64,000 nt of DNA, from contig OZ025732.1 of the NCBI GenBank assembly GCA_964019335.1, positions 359,604 through 423,603 on the forward strand, written 5' to 3'. A model generated the notes under the pieces. The model saw only the letters and a program-made list of their open reading frames with translations. It ran no database searches and was not told the DNA's origin. The position numbers and the translations under genes were made by a program. This stretch comes from Diplonema japonicum (taxonomy: Eukaryota; Protista; Euglenozoa: Diplonemea). Below, piece by piece: positions 10,151 to 20,030 of this stretch. Within the stretch, counting starts at the first letter, position 1; each line of letters opens with the position of its first letter.

Positions 10151-11308
10151 ATGAGCCTCGCAGTGTTGATCAGGACTGTCGACGAGGATGTGGTGCACGA
10201 GGTGGAGCTGTCTGGGTTTGACAGGGTGAAGGACCTGTACAGGAAGGCGGCAGAGGCTTCTGCGGTGGAGGAGGGGATGTTCCTCTTGCACTTCGAAGGT
10301 GTTGTCTTGGATAATGATGGGACATCTGGCGGTGGTGGGGAGGAGCAGGAGATACAGCAGCTTGGGATGGGGCAGGGGAGCGAGCTTCTCTTGTGCGGTA
10401 TTCATAAAACACTTGATGTCAGTCATGTGGAACTCTCGAGTCGAAAAGAGGAGATTGCAAGGTGTCTTGAGGAGAATCCTGAGCTTCTTCTTTCGGTGGA
10501 TGTCACTGGTCTGGACTGTCTTGATGGAAGGCTCACAAGCAAGCTTCCCTCAGAGCTTCGGCACCTCAAGGTGTGGACCCTGGGCGACGGTGCGACCTCT
10601 ATTGGGGACTCCTTTTTGTCTGGCTCCTTACTCGTCACCTTGGACCTGACGGCCTTGCAGGGTCTTCAGTCCGTTGGGCACTATTTTCTCCGCGAGTGCA
10701 GCTCCCTAGCTACTGTTGATCTGAGTCCTTTGCAGAATGTTCAGTCCATTGGGAACTATTTTCTCTTTTTTTGCAGCTCTCTGAAGACTGTTGATCTGAG
10801 CCCCCTTCGCAATGTCACCACCGTCGGCACCTGTTTTCTCGCTGGCCTCAAGTCGTTGGCTTCTGTTGACCTGAGCCCCTTGCAGAATGTGACCAGCATG
10901 AACCACTGTTGTTTCATGACTTTTTGTTCTTCTTTAAGATCTATCGATCTGAGCCCCCTGCACAACACCTTTACCCATACATCCAGTGTGGCCTATATTC
11001 TCAAGGAATGCAAAGCTCTAACGACTGTGGATCTGGGTCCTTTGTGGAACGTTCAGTCAGTTGGCGATGGTTTTCTCCTCAACTGCGAGTCTTTGGAAAC
11101 AATTGATCTGAGCCCCCTTCGCAATGTCACCACCGTCGGCAGCTGTTTTCTTTCAGGGACCCCAGTGGAACACAGAGAGGATGTTGTGGAATTCCTCAGA
11201 CCACGGGTACAGAAGCGCCCCGAGCAACCAGCAAGGCCAATAAGGTTCCGGGGCCCTCCTGTGAGGCAAGCAACCTGTAAAAGTAAAGAGTGTTGCATCG
11301 TTTCCTGA
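10151..11308 (+). CDS. Ubl + BspA-like LRR protein, apparently intact; ends CCIVS
   Basis: Ubl-like N-terminus; about 8 repeats of SLxTVDLSPLxNVxxVGxxFLxxC. Confidence 0.88.
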   Translation: MSLAVLIRTVDEDVVHEVELSGFDRVKDLYRKAAEASAVEEGMFLLHFEGVVLDNDGTSGGGGEEQEIQQLGMGQGSELLLCGIHKTLDVSHVELSSRKEEIARCLEENPELLLSVDVTGLDCLDGRLTSKLPSELRHLKVWTLGDGATSIGDSFLSGSLLVTLDLTALQGLQSVGHYFLRECSSLATVDLSPLQNVQSIGNYFLFFCSSLKTVDLSPLRNVTTVGTCFLAGLKSLASVDLSPLQNVTSMNHCCFMTFCSSLRSIDLSPLHNTFTHTSSVAYILKECKALTTVDLGPLWNVQSVGDGFLLNCESLETIDLSPLRNVTTVGSCFLSGTPVEHREDVVEFLRPRVQKRPEQPARPIRFRGPPVRQATCKSKECCIVS

Positions 11309-11311
11309 TGA

Positions 11312-11530
11312 CTTCACGGGGCAGGAAGAGGGAACCATCTCACGTGCTGCTACGTCCCGGGCCACTGCGGACTGGAATGGAATGAGAAATCAGACGACCT
11401 AGCCGGTCGAGGCAGGGACGAAGAGGACAACCTCGAAGAATCAGCATGAGCGCAGCGAAGAACTACCTATTACAATCTGAGAAACGAGAGCTTCTAGCAG
11501 GCTTGGACAAAAGGAAGTGGAATTTATAAA
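11312..11530 (+). mobile_element. Degenerate LINE RNase H fragment joined to the LINE 3'-terminal motif
   Basis: RGNHLTCCYVPGHCGLEWNEKSDDLA matches RGNHLTCCFIPGHCGIEGNEKADQLA of 373..2520; ends GGAAGTGGAATTTATAAAA. Confidence 0.75.
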
Positions 11531-12404
11531 AAGAAAAAGAATTAGCAAATTAGCAACGTTGTTTGTTGCCCTCCCCCACCCCCTTTTTATCTTCTTCACT
11601 TTCTCATATCCTTTTCCCCTTTTTCCCATTCGCCCCCTCCCCCACCCCCTTCACCTACCACCCACCAGGGAAGAAAGAAAGTAGTATTTCTCGAACAAGA
11701 AGTCATCGGAATTTAGAAAAAAGAAGAGTTGCGTCTCGTATTCACACCTTTTATATTTCCTCCTTTGCAAGGTCACGTTCAAGCAGACAGAACACAACAA
11801 CAAAACAAGAAAAAGGAGAAGATGAACGACATGACGGTGTTCGTGAAGACGGGAGGCGGGGTTCACGATGTGGAAGTGTCGGGGAAGGAGACGGTGGGGA
11901 TCCTACAAGAAGGCGGGGTGTGCTGCTGGTTTACTCGAAGGCAGGTTCAAACTGGTTTGGGAGGGTGAGGTCCTTGACAGGAACGGCTGTGAAGAGCTTC
12001 AGCAACTTGGGCTTGTGGAGGGCTTCCATGGCACAAGATCTTCGGCGACCCAGCAGTCCGCACGGCATGCCCAAACCCGAAGATCTTGGACAGAGTTAGG
12101 GTTTGCAATCGACTTGGGAAGACTGTACGCTCCGCGGTGTGCAATGTCAGCCAGGTCAGCCTCGCTGGCGTAAGACCGAAAACGAGCGATGTTGACCCAT
12201 GCCCTTGCGCCAAGTGGAACTCCTCGCACCAGCACGAAGGACACACATGCGGTATCGCCTCGGAGCTGACAGACGACGAGCAACTGCTGAAGATCCTAAG
12301 CATGGGTATGAAGTTCCGCCTGTCAGTCGACGCGCTCACGAGCTCCGAAAACCTGGAACAAGACTTGGTCGGCTTCGTAAACCTTCACCCTCGCGTCTGA
12401 AAGA

Positions 12405-15179
12405 TTGACGTTCCTACGGGCTCTACACACCAAAGCAGAGGCTACTCTGAACAAAGAGCTCCAGCAGCCCGTCTTTGATCCTAAGGTCCCCGAGCAGCTT
12501 AAATCAAAGCTAAAAGAGTTGCAGAAGGCTTTCGTGTTCTTGCCAGTCGACAAAAGCGTCCACGACATCGGCATGGTCTGCAAGGCACACTACCTACAAC
12601 TGCTCCACGCCCAGCTCGACGGCGAGTGTTTTGCAGAGGTACAAGACATGGAGAGCACAAGGCATAGCATCACAGAAGAGACTGAATCGTTCGGTATCAA
12701 GATCAAGTCGACAAAGATGCCATACCTTTACGGGGCCATCAAGTTACACAAAGAACAAGTAGGCTTCCGGTGGATTTCTGGCGTGTCGTCCCGAGACCCC
12801 CCTGCGACGGAGGAAGGCACCAACCCACAAGCACAATCAACGCAGTCCATAATGGAACGACTGCTAGCTGCAGGTTCCAACGGTGAGCGCGACGACGCCT
12901 TCAAGGCCGCCGCCCCAACGAACGCAGCAAGACCGGTTGCAGCGATGACAGGAGCGCACAAAGAGCTCTCGAGCCTCCTAAAAGCTGTACAACGCACCCT
13001 GCACGAGAAGGACCTGGAGTTCCGAAGCAAGGAGGTGAATCCGGGCCTCAGCGGAGTACGCCGCTTCTGGATCGTGGAATCAGCTGAGCAGGTCGCGGCT
13101 GAGATCAAGCAGCGGTACACGTTTTTCAAGTCGAAGGTCCCTGCCACCTACGACTTTAAAACGATGTACTCCAACCTGGACCAGGGACTCCTTCGAAAGG
13201 GCCTGGGCAGAGCAATCCGCGAAGCCTTCGAGCACGCCGGGAAGGAGCTGGTGATAAACAAGAGCGGAAGTAGCTTCGCGGATGCAGAAGACGACGACAA
13301 AGTGTACTCCCTCTCGATGGTGGAGGAACTAGTCGAATTCGTCGTTGACAACGCGTACGTCGAGCAAGGCGGCCGTGCTCTGCGCCAGGTGCGGGGCATA
13401 CCGATGGGCGGCAACGCGTCTCCGGATATAGCGAACCTATACTGCTATTCCGTCGAAGCCGACTACATCGACGGCTTGATCGAGAACAAGGACTGGGGCC
13501 GTCTCAAGGAGTTATGCTCAGCCGCCCGCTACATCGACGACTTTTTGGTTTGGGACACGACCCCCCCACCCGAAGAGCTGTACGGGATGTCCTACGCCAA
13601 GACGTCGGACAACGACGACGACGTTCCGTTCATCGGCATGCGGATCAGGACCGAACGGCACGAAACGCCGAAAAACAACTGGGTACGCTTGTCAGTCTAT
13701 GACAAGGCTGCGAACTGGAAGTTCAAGCCCACGCGTTTCACACACGGGCACACAGCAGCTCCCTCAACACAGGGCCCAGGTATCCTGAAGGGCATGATGC
13801 AGCAAGCGCTTTGCCTCACCAACAGCTCACCGGACTTCAAGAGGCAAATTGCAAAGACATACTTCAGTTTGCGCGATCGAGGGCACGAGCACAAACTCCT
13901 GAACCGAGCATTCCACGAGTTCCTTTGTGAGCGCGTCAACAAGAACTACGGCTGGGAGAAAGGGGAGCTCCAAAGTTTCTTTACCGAAGCAGGGAAGAAC
14001 TACAGAGCAGGGCGCGAACTTAACGAATGCTACCCGGATCTCGCGTATGTGGGACGTAAGGACCCCCGAAAGAGCACAGCCCTCCCCTCCGAACCGACGC
14101 AGACAACACAAGAGTCCACCTCCACCGCTGACACGAGCTCGCAAAAGGAACCACCTCCACAACAGCCGTTCTTAACGGAAACGACACCAATGGAGACACC
14201 TACATCGGAATACCCCACGTCGCTACACCAGGAAAGTGGCGAAGGACGCGTAGGCCTCGAGTGTGGTTGGGCCGTGGTGAACTGGATCGCAGACTACGCA
14301 GAGCTGGCACGCATGCCGTTCGCAGAGATGCAGACAATCCAACACCACCTCTGTACCTCGGAGCTCGCCCTGCACACCGAGGGGCATGCGAAGGAGTACC
14401 AGCCGAACGAGAAAGGCGACTTCTCCCAAGATACCCTGTCCCTTGCCTGCAAAAAGATCCTTGGCGAAGAGGCCTCGCTGCAGAGCGTGGTCAAGAGCGG
14501 ACGGTACCCAGTTCTGGTAATCGGCCCGCCGAAAGGCTCCAGGACGGGCCACTGGACTACAGCCATCAAAACCGGCAGGTCGTGGTACACCGTGATGGAC
14601 ACAGACAAGGAAGAACACCGTGTCAATGGACTGAGGCAGGTCCTACGTATGTATGACGAACAGAACATCCTGGGTATCACCGAAGAAAGCTGGGCCAGAG
14701 CAAGGACCATAAGGGAGCAGAACGGCGGCAGACCAAAAGCGTTCGACGTCCACGCTTGCATCAAGGGAGCGCAGGACGAGGTAATGCCACCGGTTTCAGG
14801 CCCCTGTTTGAGCCAGACCCCTGCAGCTAGCCTCACCCCCAATGATGACCCGGTCCCTTCACCTGGTCCGGACTCAGACGCTAATCCGTTCCACAGCATT
14901 GACCCGACCCCCGTTGCAGACCCGGTCCATACATCTGGCCCGGTCTCCGTCACGGACCCGGCCCCAACGGCTAATCCGGTCGCGGACTCGGTCCCCGCGA
15001 CTAAACCGGTCGCGAACACGGCCCCCGTCACGAACCCGGTCCCCGCGACTAGCCCAATCGCTGACCCGGTCCTCATCACAGACCCAGTTACCGCAGCTAG
15101 CCCGATCACGGACCCGGTCCCCGTCACAGACACGGCCCCCCGTCGCAGACCCGGTCCCCACAACCAGCCCAGTCGCTGA
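12405..15179 (+). CDS. PLE polyprotein, main segment: reverse transcriptase + Josephin-like protease + start of Pro-rich repeats (frameshift-joined to 12026-12400 and to about 15140-17205)
   Basis: RT motifs as above, YIDD at 13530-13541; Josephin-like Cys 14262, His 14550, Asp 14598. Confidence 0.85.
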   Translation: MTFLRALHTKAEATLNKELQQPVFDPKVPEQLKSKLKELQKAFVFLPVDKSVHDIGMVCKAHYLQLLHAQLDGECFAEVQDMESTRHSITEETESFGIKIKSTKMPYLYGAIKLHKEQVGFRWISGVSSRDPPATEEGTNPQAQSTQSIMERLLAAGSNGERDDAFKAAAPTNAARPVAAMTGAHKELSSLLKAVQRTLHEKDLEFRSKEVNPGLSGVRRFWIVESAEQVAAEIKQRYTFFKSKVPATYDFKTMYSNLDQGLLRKGLGRAIREAFEHAGKELVINKSGSSFADAEDDDKVYSLSMVEELVEFVVDNAYVEQGGRALRQVRGIPMGGNASPDIANLYCYSVEADYIDGLIENKDWGRLKELCSAARYIDDFLVWDTTPPPEELYGMSYAKTSDNDDDVPFIGMRIRTERHETPKNNWVRLSVYDKAANWKFKPTRFTHGHTAAPSTQGPGILKGMMQQALCLTNSSPDFKRQIAKTYFSLRDRGHEHKLLNRAFHEFLCERVNKNYGWEKGELQSFFTEAGKNYRAGRELNECYPDLAYVGRKDPRKSTALPSEPTQTTQESTSTADTSSQKEPPPQQPFLTETTPMETPTSEYPTSLHQESGEGRVGLECGWAVVNWIADYAELARMPFAEMQTIQHHLCTSELALHTEGHAKEYQPNEKGDFSQDTLSLACKKILGEEASLQSVVKSGRYPVLVIGPPKGSRTGHWTTAIKTGRSWYTVMDTDKEEHRVNGLRQVLRMYDEQNILGITEESWARARTIREQNGGRPKAFDVHACIKGAQDEVMPPVSGPCLSQTPAASLTPNDDPVPSPGPDSDANPFHSIDPTPVADPVHTSGPVSVTDPAPTANPVADSVPATKPVANTAPVTNPVPATSPIADPVLITDPVTAASPITDPVPVTDTAPRRRPGPHNQPSR

Positions 15180-15870
15180 CCCGGTCCCCGTCACGGACCC
15201 GGTCCCCGCATCTGGCCCGGTCGCAGACACGACCCACATCACAGACGCGATCCCCGAAACCAGCTTAGTCGTTGACCCGGTCCCTGCAAGTAACCCAGTC
15301 GCTGACCCGGTCCTCACCACAGACCCGGTCTCCACGACTAACCCGGTCGCAGACACGGCCCCTGCCACAGATCCAGTCCCCGCAACCAGCCCAGTCGCTG
15401 ACCCGGTCCCCGTCACAGACCCGGTCCCCGCAGCTAACCCGGTCCCTGTAACGGACCCGGCCCCCACAACCAACCCGGTTGGAGACACGGCCCCCATCAC
15501 AGACCCGGTCCCCGCAGCCAGCCCAGTCGCTGACCCGGTCCCTGCAGCCAGCCCAGTCGCTGACCCGGTCCCCGTCACGGATCCGGTCCCCGCATCTGGC
15601 CCGGTCTCGATAGTCCCTGACGACCCAGTGCCCACAACTGGCCCAGTCTACGTCACGGACCTAGTCAGTTCGCCTGGCCCGATCTCTGTCACGGACGCAG
15701 TCCCCACCACAGGCCCGGTCCACGCTTCTAGTCTGATCCCCTCCGCAGACCCGGTTCCAACACCAGGCGCAGCCTCCACCAGAGACCCGGTCCCCGCGTC
15801 TGACCCGGTCCTCGCCTCGGACCCGTTACCCGAAGTTGATGCCCTCCCCGTTACAGACCCAGTCCCCGTG
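14845..15870 (+). repeat. Coding minisatellite: degenerate tandem GACCCGGTCCCC-core units encoding PVADPVPVTDPVPAT-like repeats
   Basis: Dozens of GACCCGGTC/CCAGTCGCT units visible; Pro/Val/Thr/Asp-rich translation. Confidence 0.92.
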
Positions 15871-17205
15871 CAGATGGACCTGTCTGAACCTCTGGGGCAG
15901 CATGGATCGACGACATGGGTGCAACCCGAGCCCTCAACGAAGGCGGTCGCCTCACCACCCCTCTTGACGACAGCGGAGCCCTGGGTGCCGTTAGCTCTGA
16001 CGACGATGTCGCAACGACAGATGCAAAGCAGTAGCAGGACTGCGTTAGGACGGGGCACTTCTACTTCTCCTCCTTCTTTTTCTGCTTCTTCTTCTTTTAC
16101 GCGAACAACGACGACTGTCCATCAGAGTCTGCTGTGGTCCGATGTCCCGGGGCACCAACGAGGTCGTGGGGGCATCACGAGAGGTCGCACGTCAAGCCCC
16201 GGATCACAACCGAGACGCGCACACAGCGCAACGACCGCGTGTTTCCCTCGCACCCCAGAACGATTCTCACCCCTGGCCGGTCTGTCGGCTACAGACGACC
16301 TGTACATGCCGGAGCTGACACAGCACAGCAGAGACATGTACATGCTGGAGCCACCCGCGGATTTGACTGCTGCGACGGAACCTCCTCCTCCCCCACAGGG
16401 GGACATGTACATGCTGGAGCCACCACCCACGGAGTCGACGCAAACAGACGACGACCCCCATCCTCAGTCAGCGAGACCTGCCCCACGGGGGACCGATGAG
16501 GCACAGAGAAATCTGAAGGTGGTCATAGACCTGACTGGCGACGACGACGACAAAGTCTCTGCCCCGACCTCGACCCCGCCATCGGAAACGGCGGAACCTG
16601 CGCCACGGACGGAGGAGCTGGAACTGGCATGCCTCACTACCCACGACGGCGACGAAGCCCTGGCCCCACACTCAGCCCCAGCCCCGGCCCCGGCCCCGCC
16701 CCTCGCAAGCCACCACAAGAAGAAGCGAAAGGGAGGCGCATGCCCGGACGTGTACCTTGGCCACGACACCAAGCTGGTAAGGACCAGCACAGATCGTGCA
16801 CCAGAGCCACCTCTGCTCGTCAAATGGCGGTCCAAGAGCGCGAAGCGCGGGCAGTTGTGCGACGGACAAGCGGAGCCCGCAAAGAAGAAAGACCGCTTGG
16901 ACCTCCTCAGGGCGAACCGACGGTCGGGCAAGGCCGCCGTTCACGCCCTGGCTGAAGAACATCGAGCGGGTCTGGAAGATAAGCTCTCCCACACGAAACT
17001 GGCGACGGCCGGGATCGTCGAAGCGGAAGGGGAGTGGACGCCAGAAGCCATGATACGGGTCTGCAAACACGTGCTCGGCGAAGAGCCTAAAACCGCGAAG
17101 GAACTCGGGATTCACATGAAGTTTGTCCGGTTCGCCCTCATCCTGGACTTTGACAAGACGTGGATCATGGCCAGGTATGACTCGGAAGGCCTTCGTGGCC
17201 ACTGA
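15140..17205 (+). CDS. C-terminal segment of the PLE polyprotein (Pro-rich repeats, VVIDLT motif, KKKRK basic patch, second degenerate Josephin-like segment)
   Basis: ORF 14842..17205 takes over the repeat frame at the C6 run near 15136-15141; EGEWTPEAMIRVCKHVLGEE resembles KGDFSQDTLSLACKKILGEE. Confidence 0.7.
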
Positions 17206-18139
17206 CTGGCTTTTCTTCACCACGCTGCAGTGGCATAATGTGGGACAGCGCCACCCCCCAAGAACCACGAAGACCTTACGCAAGTAAGAGTGCTGGCCCG
17301 GCGAGCTACGAGGGCAAAAAACCTCATTTCTCCTTGGAGATGAGAACATATATTATAGTGCGACATGATCAGACTGGAACGGCCGCCCCGGGGCATCCTC
17401 TGCTCAACCCGGCGGACGTGGGAGGCCCTTCTTCGGAAGGTGCCAGTCGCTTGATCAGTGCCGTCGAATGCGCGCTATATTTTATATTTTATAAGTACAT
17501 ATAACAATCGATTGAAAGAAGAAGAACGTTTACCAAGGGCTTGTGGAGGGCTGTGTGGTCCATGTGGAGAACAAGAGGAGAACCGTTCGTCTGGAGGAGC
17601 TAAAGGACGAGAACTCAGGAATGGTTTCGGAGCTTGAGGAGCTTTTGTCAGCTGACCCTGAGCTTGTTCTGGTGGTGGAGGTGGGGAATATCGAAGTCTT
17701 GTCCATGAAGAAGGAGGACCTTCCTTCTGGACTTCAGTTCCTCGTTGTCACCGACCCAACAGGCTGTGTTACAAGGATAGACGAGGCGTTTCTAAACGAC
17801 CCTCATCCTCCCCAATGTTTCTACCATTGGCCATCAGTTTTTGATATCGTGCAAAGGATTAGAAGCCATCGACTTGAATGCGATGACCAAATCTTAAGTC
17901 CATTGGTAATAGCTTCTTCGACTTGAGTTCTATGGCAAATGTTTCTTCTATTTCTAAAAAAGAAAAAAACCTTTTTCCCATTCACTTTTTCCTTTAATTT
18001 TATCTTTCGCCAATAACAAGAGTTAGTTATATGTGTTTTCATACGTCAACATGTAAACAATAAACCTTATATCATCAAAAGGGAAACCTTACAAACTTTC
18101 TAAACTAAAATTGATTAGTTTACAAGTATTAGTCCGAAA

Positions 18140-18318
18140 ACCTACCCCCCAAACCCACCACAGCAACCGACTATCCCGCCGACGTAGCAAAGCCGATCAA
18201 GGCAGCTGAGCGAATTGAAAGAGTGAAAAAAAAAAAAAAGCCCCCCCACAAACCCACCCCAATGTATTTGAAAAGAAAAAAAAAAAAGAAATGCCAAACA
18301 ACCAGCAAAGCTTGTGGG
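18140..18318 (+). mobile_element. Diverged 3' UTR fragment related to LINE family A
   Basis: A-tracts plus TGCCAAACAACCAGCAAAGCTTGTGG as at 2817-2842. Confidence 0.6.
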
Positions 18319-19211
18319 TCTTACTTTCGCCTTTTTTGCCCTGTCGTTTTTACAGAGGCTGACTTTTTTGACCAGAGGAACAAACACGAGTACATTATTT
18401 TATTGTGTAAGATTTACATTTTTAAGGTTGACTGCGATACGACTAAAAAAACAGGGTGTGCAGCTAACCCTTCCCACTATACTTCTTGAAGTATACAATG
18501 TCTTGGGAACGTAACAGCTTGTCAGACAGAATTTTATAAACTAAATCCCCCCTTACTACTTTCTTACACAATTGAATAAATACCAACGTTACATCGCCTT
18601 TCCCCCATATTTTTATCCATTTTTTGTTACGTATCTGGTCAACACTTACGTTCTGGTTCGAAAGGTTTTTATTTTATTCCCTTTTCCGTTGGAAGAAATC
18701 TTTACCACCTGTTCTGTGTTCGGTGGACCTTATCTACACCGCTCCTGATCTACAACCTACAACCCGGGTTAACATGTTCCCCCCCCCCGGACCCCAGCTG
18801 AGGGGTGTCCCCCGAGAGGGACAGGCGCAGTAAGGCGGCGAACTTTGGCCTGGGAGCTAGCGATCTCGCGACCGTACAGTCATAGTCCCGGCTGTAAGGG
18901 TGACAAAAAAGACTTCAACATCAGAAGAAGAAGAATACATCCTGAGCTGAACACCCCGGTGCAGCAACAGTGGTGGTCGGATTTCTTCGCCCAAGGCGGA
19001 TGGAAACACCCGCTCTTTGGCTCCGAGACCCCAGGAGGCGATAAAACTAGACCTCCGGCCCCCCTGGTCGCAATCCCCCTCGACACACGGGCAGCCTTTG
19101 GCGCTGTTGCCTCACCTGTTTTGTTATCAGCGGCTGTCTTTTTTTTGTTTAATAAGGGCTTGCTCAAGTCTGACACTCACAGGGTTTGGGGTGGAACAGA
19201 AGCACAAGAGA

Positions 19212-20030
19212 ATGAACGATATAACAGTGTTCGTGAAGACGGGAGGCGGGGTTCACGATGTGGAGGTGTCGGGGAAGGAGACGGTGGGGATCCTGTACAA
19301 GAAGGCGGGGTGTGCTGCTGGTTTACTCAAGGGCAAGTTCAAACTGGTTTGGGAGGGAGATGTTTTGGACAGGAACGGCTGTGAAGAGCTTCAGCAACTT
19401 GGATTCGTGGATGGCTGCGTGGTCCATGTGGAGCCGGGTGTAACCGTTCGGCTGGATGCACTGAAGGATAAGGGTTCAGGAGTAGTTTTGGAACTGGAGG
19501 GGCTTGTGTCAGATGACCCTGAGCTGGTTCTGGTGGTGGAGGTGGCGTGTGTCGATGTGTTGTCCATGAAGAAGGAGGACCTTCCTTCTGGACTTCGGTT
19601 CCTCGTTGTCACCGACTCCACAGGCTGTGTTACAAGTATAGACGATTGGTTTCTTTATGAGTGCGACCACCTGTCATCTGTCTCACTCATCCTCCCCCAT
19701 GTTACTTCGATTGGTTCTGAATTCTTGTCGGGGTGCGAGAACCTAGAAACCATCGACTTGAATGCGATGGTTAACGTTTGCTCTCTTGGTCATTCCTTTT
19801 TGTCGATGTGCAAAAGACTAGGTGGCATCGACTTGAGTTCGATGTCCGGTATTCGTACCATTGGTGATTCTTTCTTGTCAGGGTGCGAGAGACTAGAGGC
19901 CATCGACTTAACTGCGATGGAGGAGGTTTCTTCCATTTCTCATCACTTCTTGTCGGGGTGCGAAAGACTAGTAACCGTCAGGTTGAGTGCGATGGCCAGG
20001 ACTTCTGCTGACGCAGGGATAATTCCATAG
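19212..20030 (+). CDS. Ubl + BspA-like LRR protein (3' end probably truncated near 20000)
   Basis: Same Ubl head as 4321 and 11822; LRR units IGxxFLSGCExLExIDLxAM. Confidence 0.82.
   Translation: MNDITVFVKTGGGVHDVEVSGKETVGILYKKAGCAAGLLKGKFKLVWEGDVLDRNGCEELQQLGFVDGCVVHVEPGVTVRLDALKDKGSGVVLELEGLVSDDPELVLVVEVACVDVLSMKKEDLPSGLRFLVVTDSTGCVTSIDDWFLYECDHLSSVSLILPHVTSIGSEFLSGCENLETIDLNAMVNVCSLGHSFLSMCKRLGGIDLSSMSGIRTIGDSFLSGCERLEAIDLTAMEEVSSISHHFLSGCERLVTVRLSAMARTSADAGIIP

Larger units (their letters stand above)
12025..17536 (+). mobile_element. Penelope-like retroelement (Naiad/Chlamys-type), family 1, 5'-truncated, 16-bp TSD
   Basis: GGGCTTGTGGAGGGCT at 12009-12024 and 17537-17552; CPC...HEGH linker, GMKFR, VDKSVHDIGMVCKAHY, PYLYGAIKLHK, YDFKTMYSNL, GIPMGGNASPDIANLY, RYIDD, SVYDK; no poly(A) tail. 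Confidence 0.88.
11822..17940 (+). pseudogene. Ubl-LRR gene disrupted by the 5.5-kb PLE insertion (pieces 11822-12024 and 17537-17940)
   Basis: ...ELQQLGLVEG | CVVHVENKRRTVRLEELKD... is continuous once the insert is removed; additional 2-bp deletion near 11903 relative to the paralogue at 19212. Confidence 0.88.

Noticed and set aside
12034-12090. Inverted repeat CAAGATCTTCGG...CCGAAGATCTTG as a terminal structure of the PLE
   Set aside because: It lies within the continuous reading frame (WHKIFGD...PKILDRV) at a truncation point; it may be chance or a cause of RT stalling, and one copy cannot establish it.
14845-15870. CRISPR array
   Set aside because: Degenerate in-frame coding tandem repeats without unique spacers, in a eukaryotic context with no cas genes.
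17362-17460. SECIS element and selenocysteine read-through (ATGA...AA...TGAT; ORF ending GH-TGA), as reported for some Naiad PLEs
   Set aside because: Only 9 nt separate ATGA and AA, the apical region is far too large, TGATCA pairs as a plain palindrome, and the TGA at 12398 is not in frame with the RT ORF.
17375-17480. HDV-like or hammerhead ribozyme in the PLE 3' end
   Set aside because: GCA-TCCTC-TGC resembles an HDV P3/L3, but the P1 3' strand does not follow it; no CTGANGA/GAAA hammerhead core.
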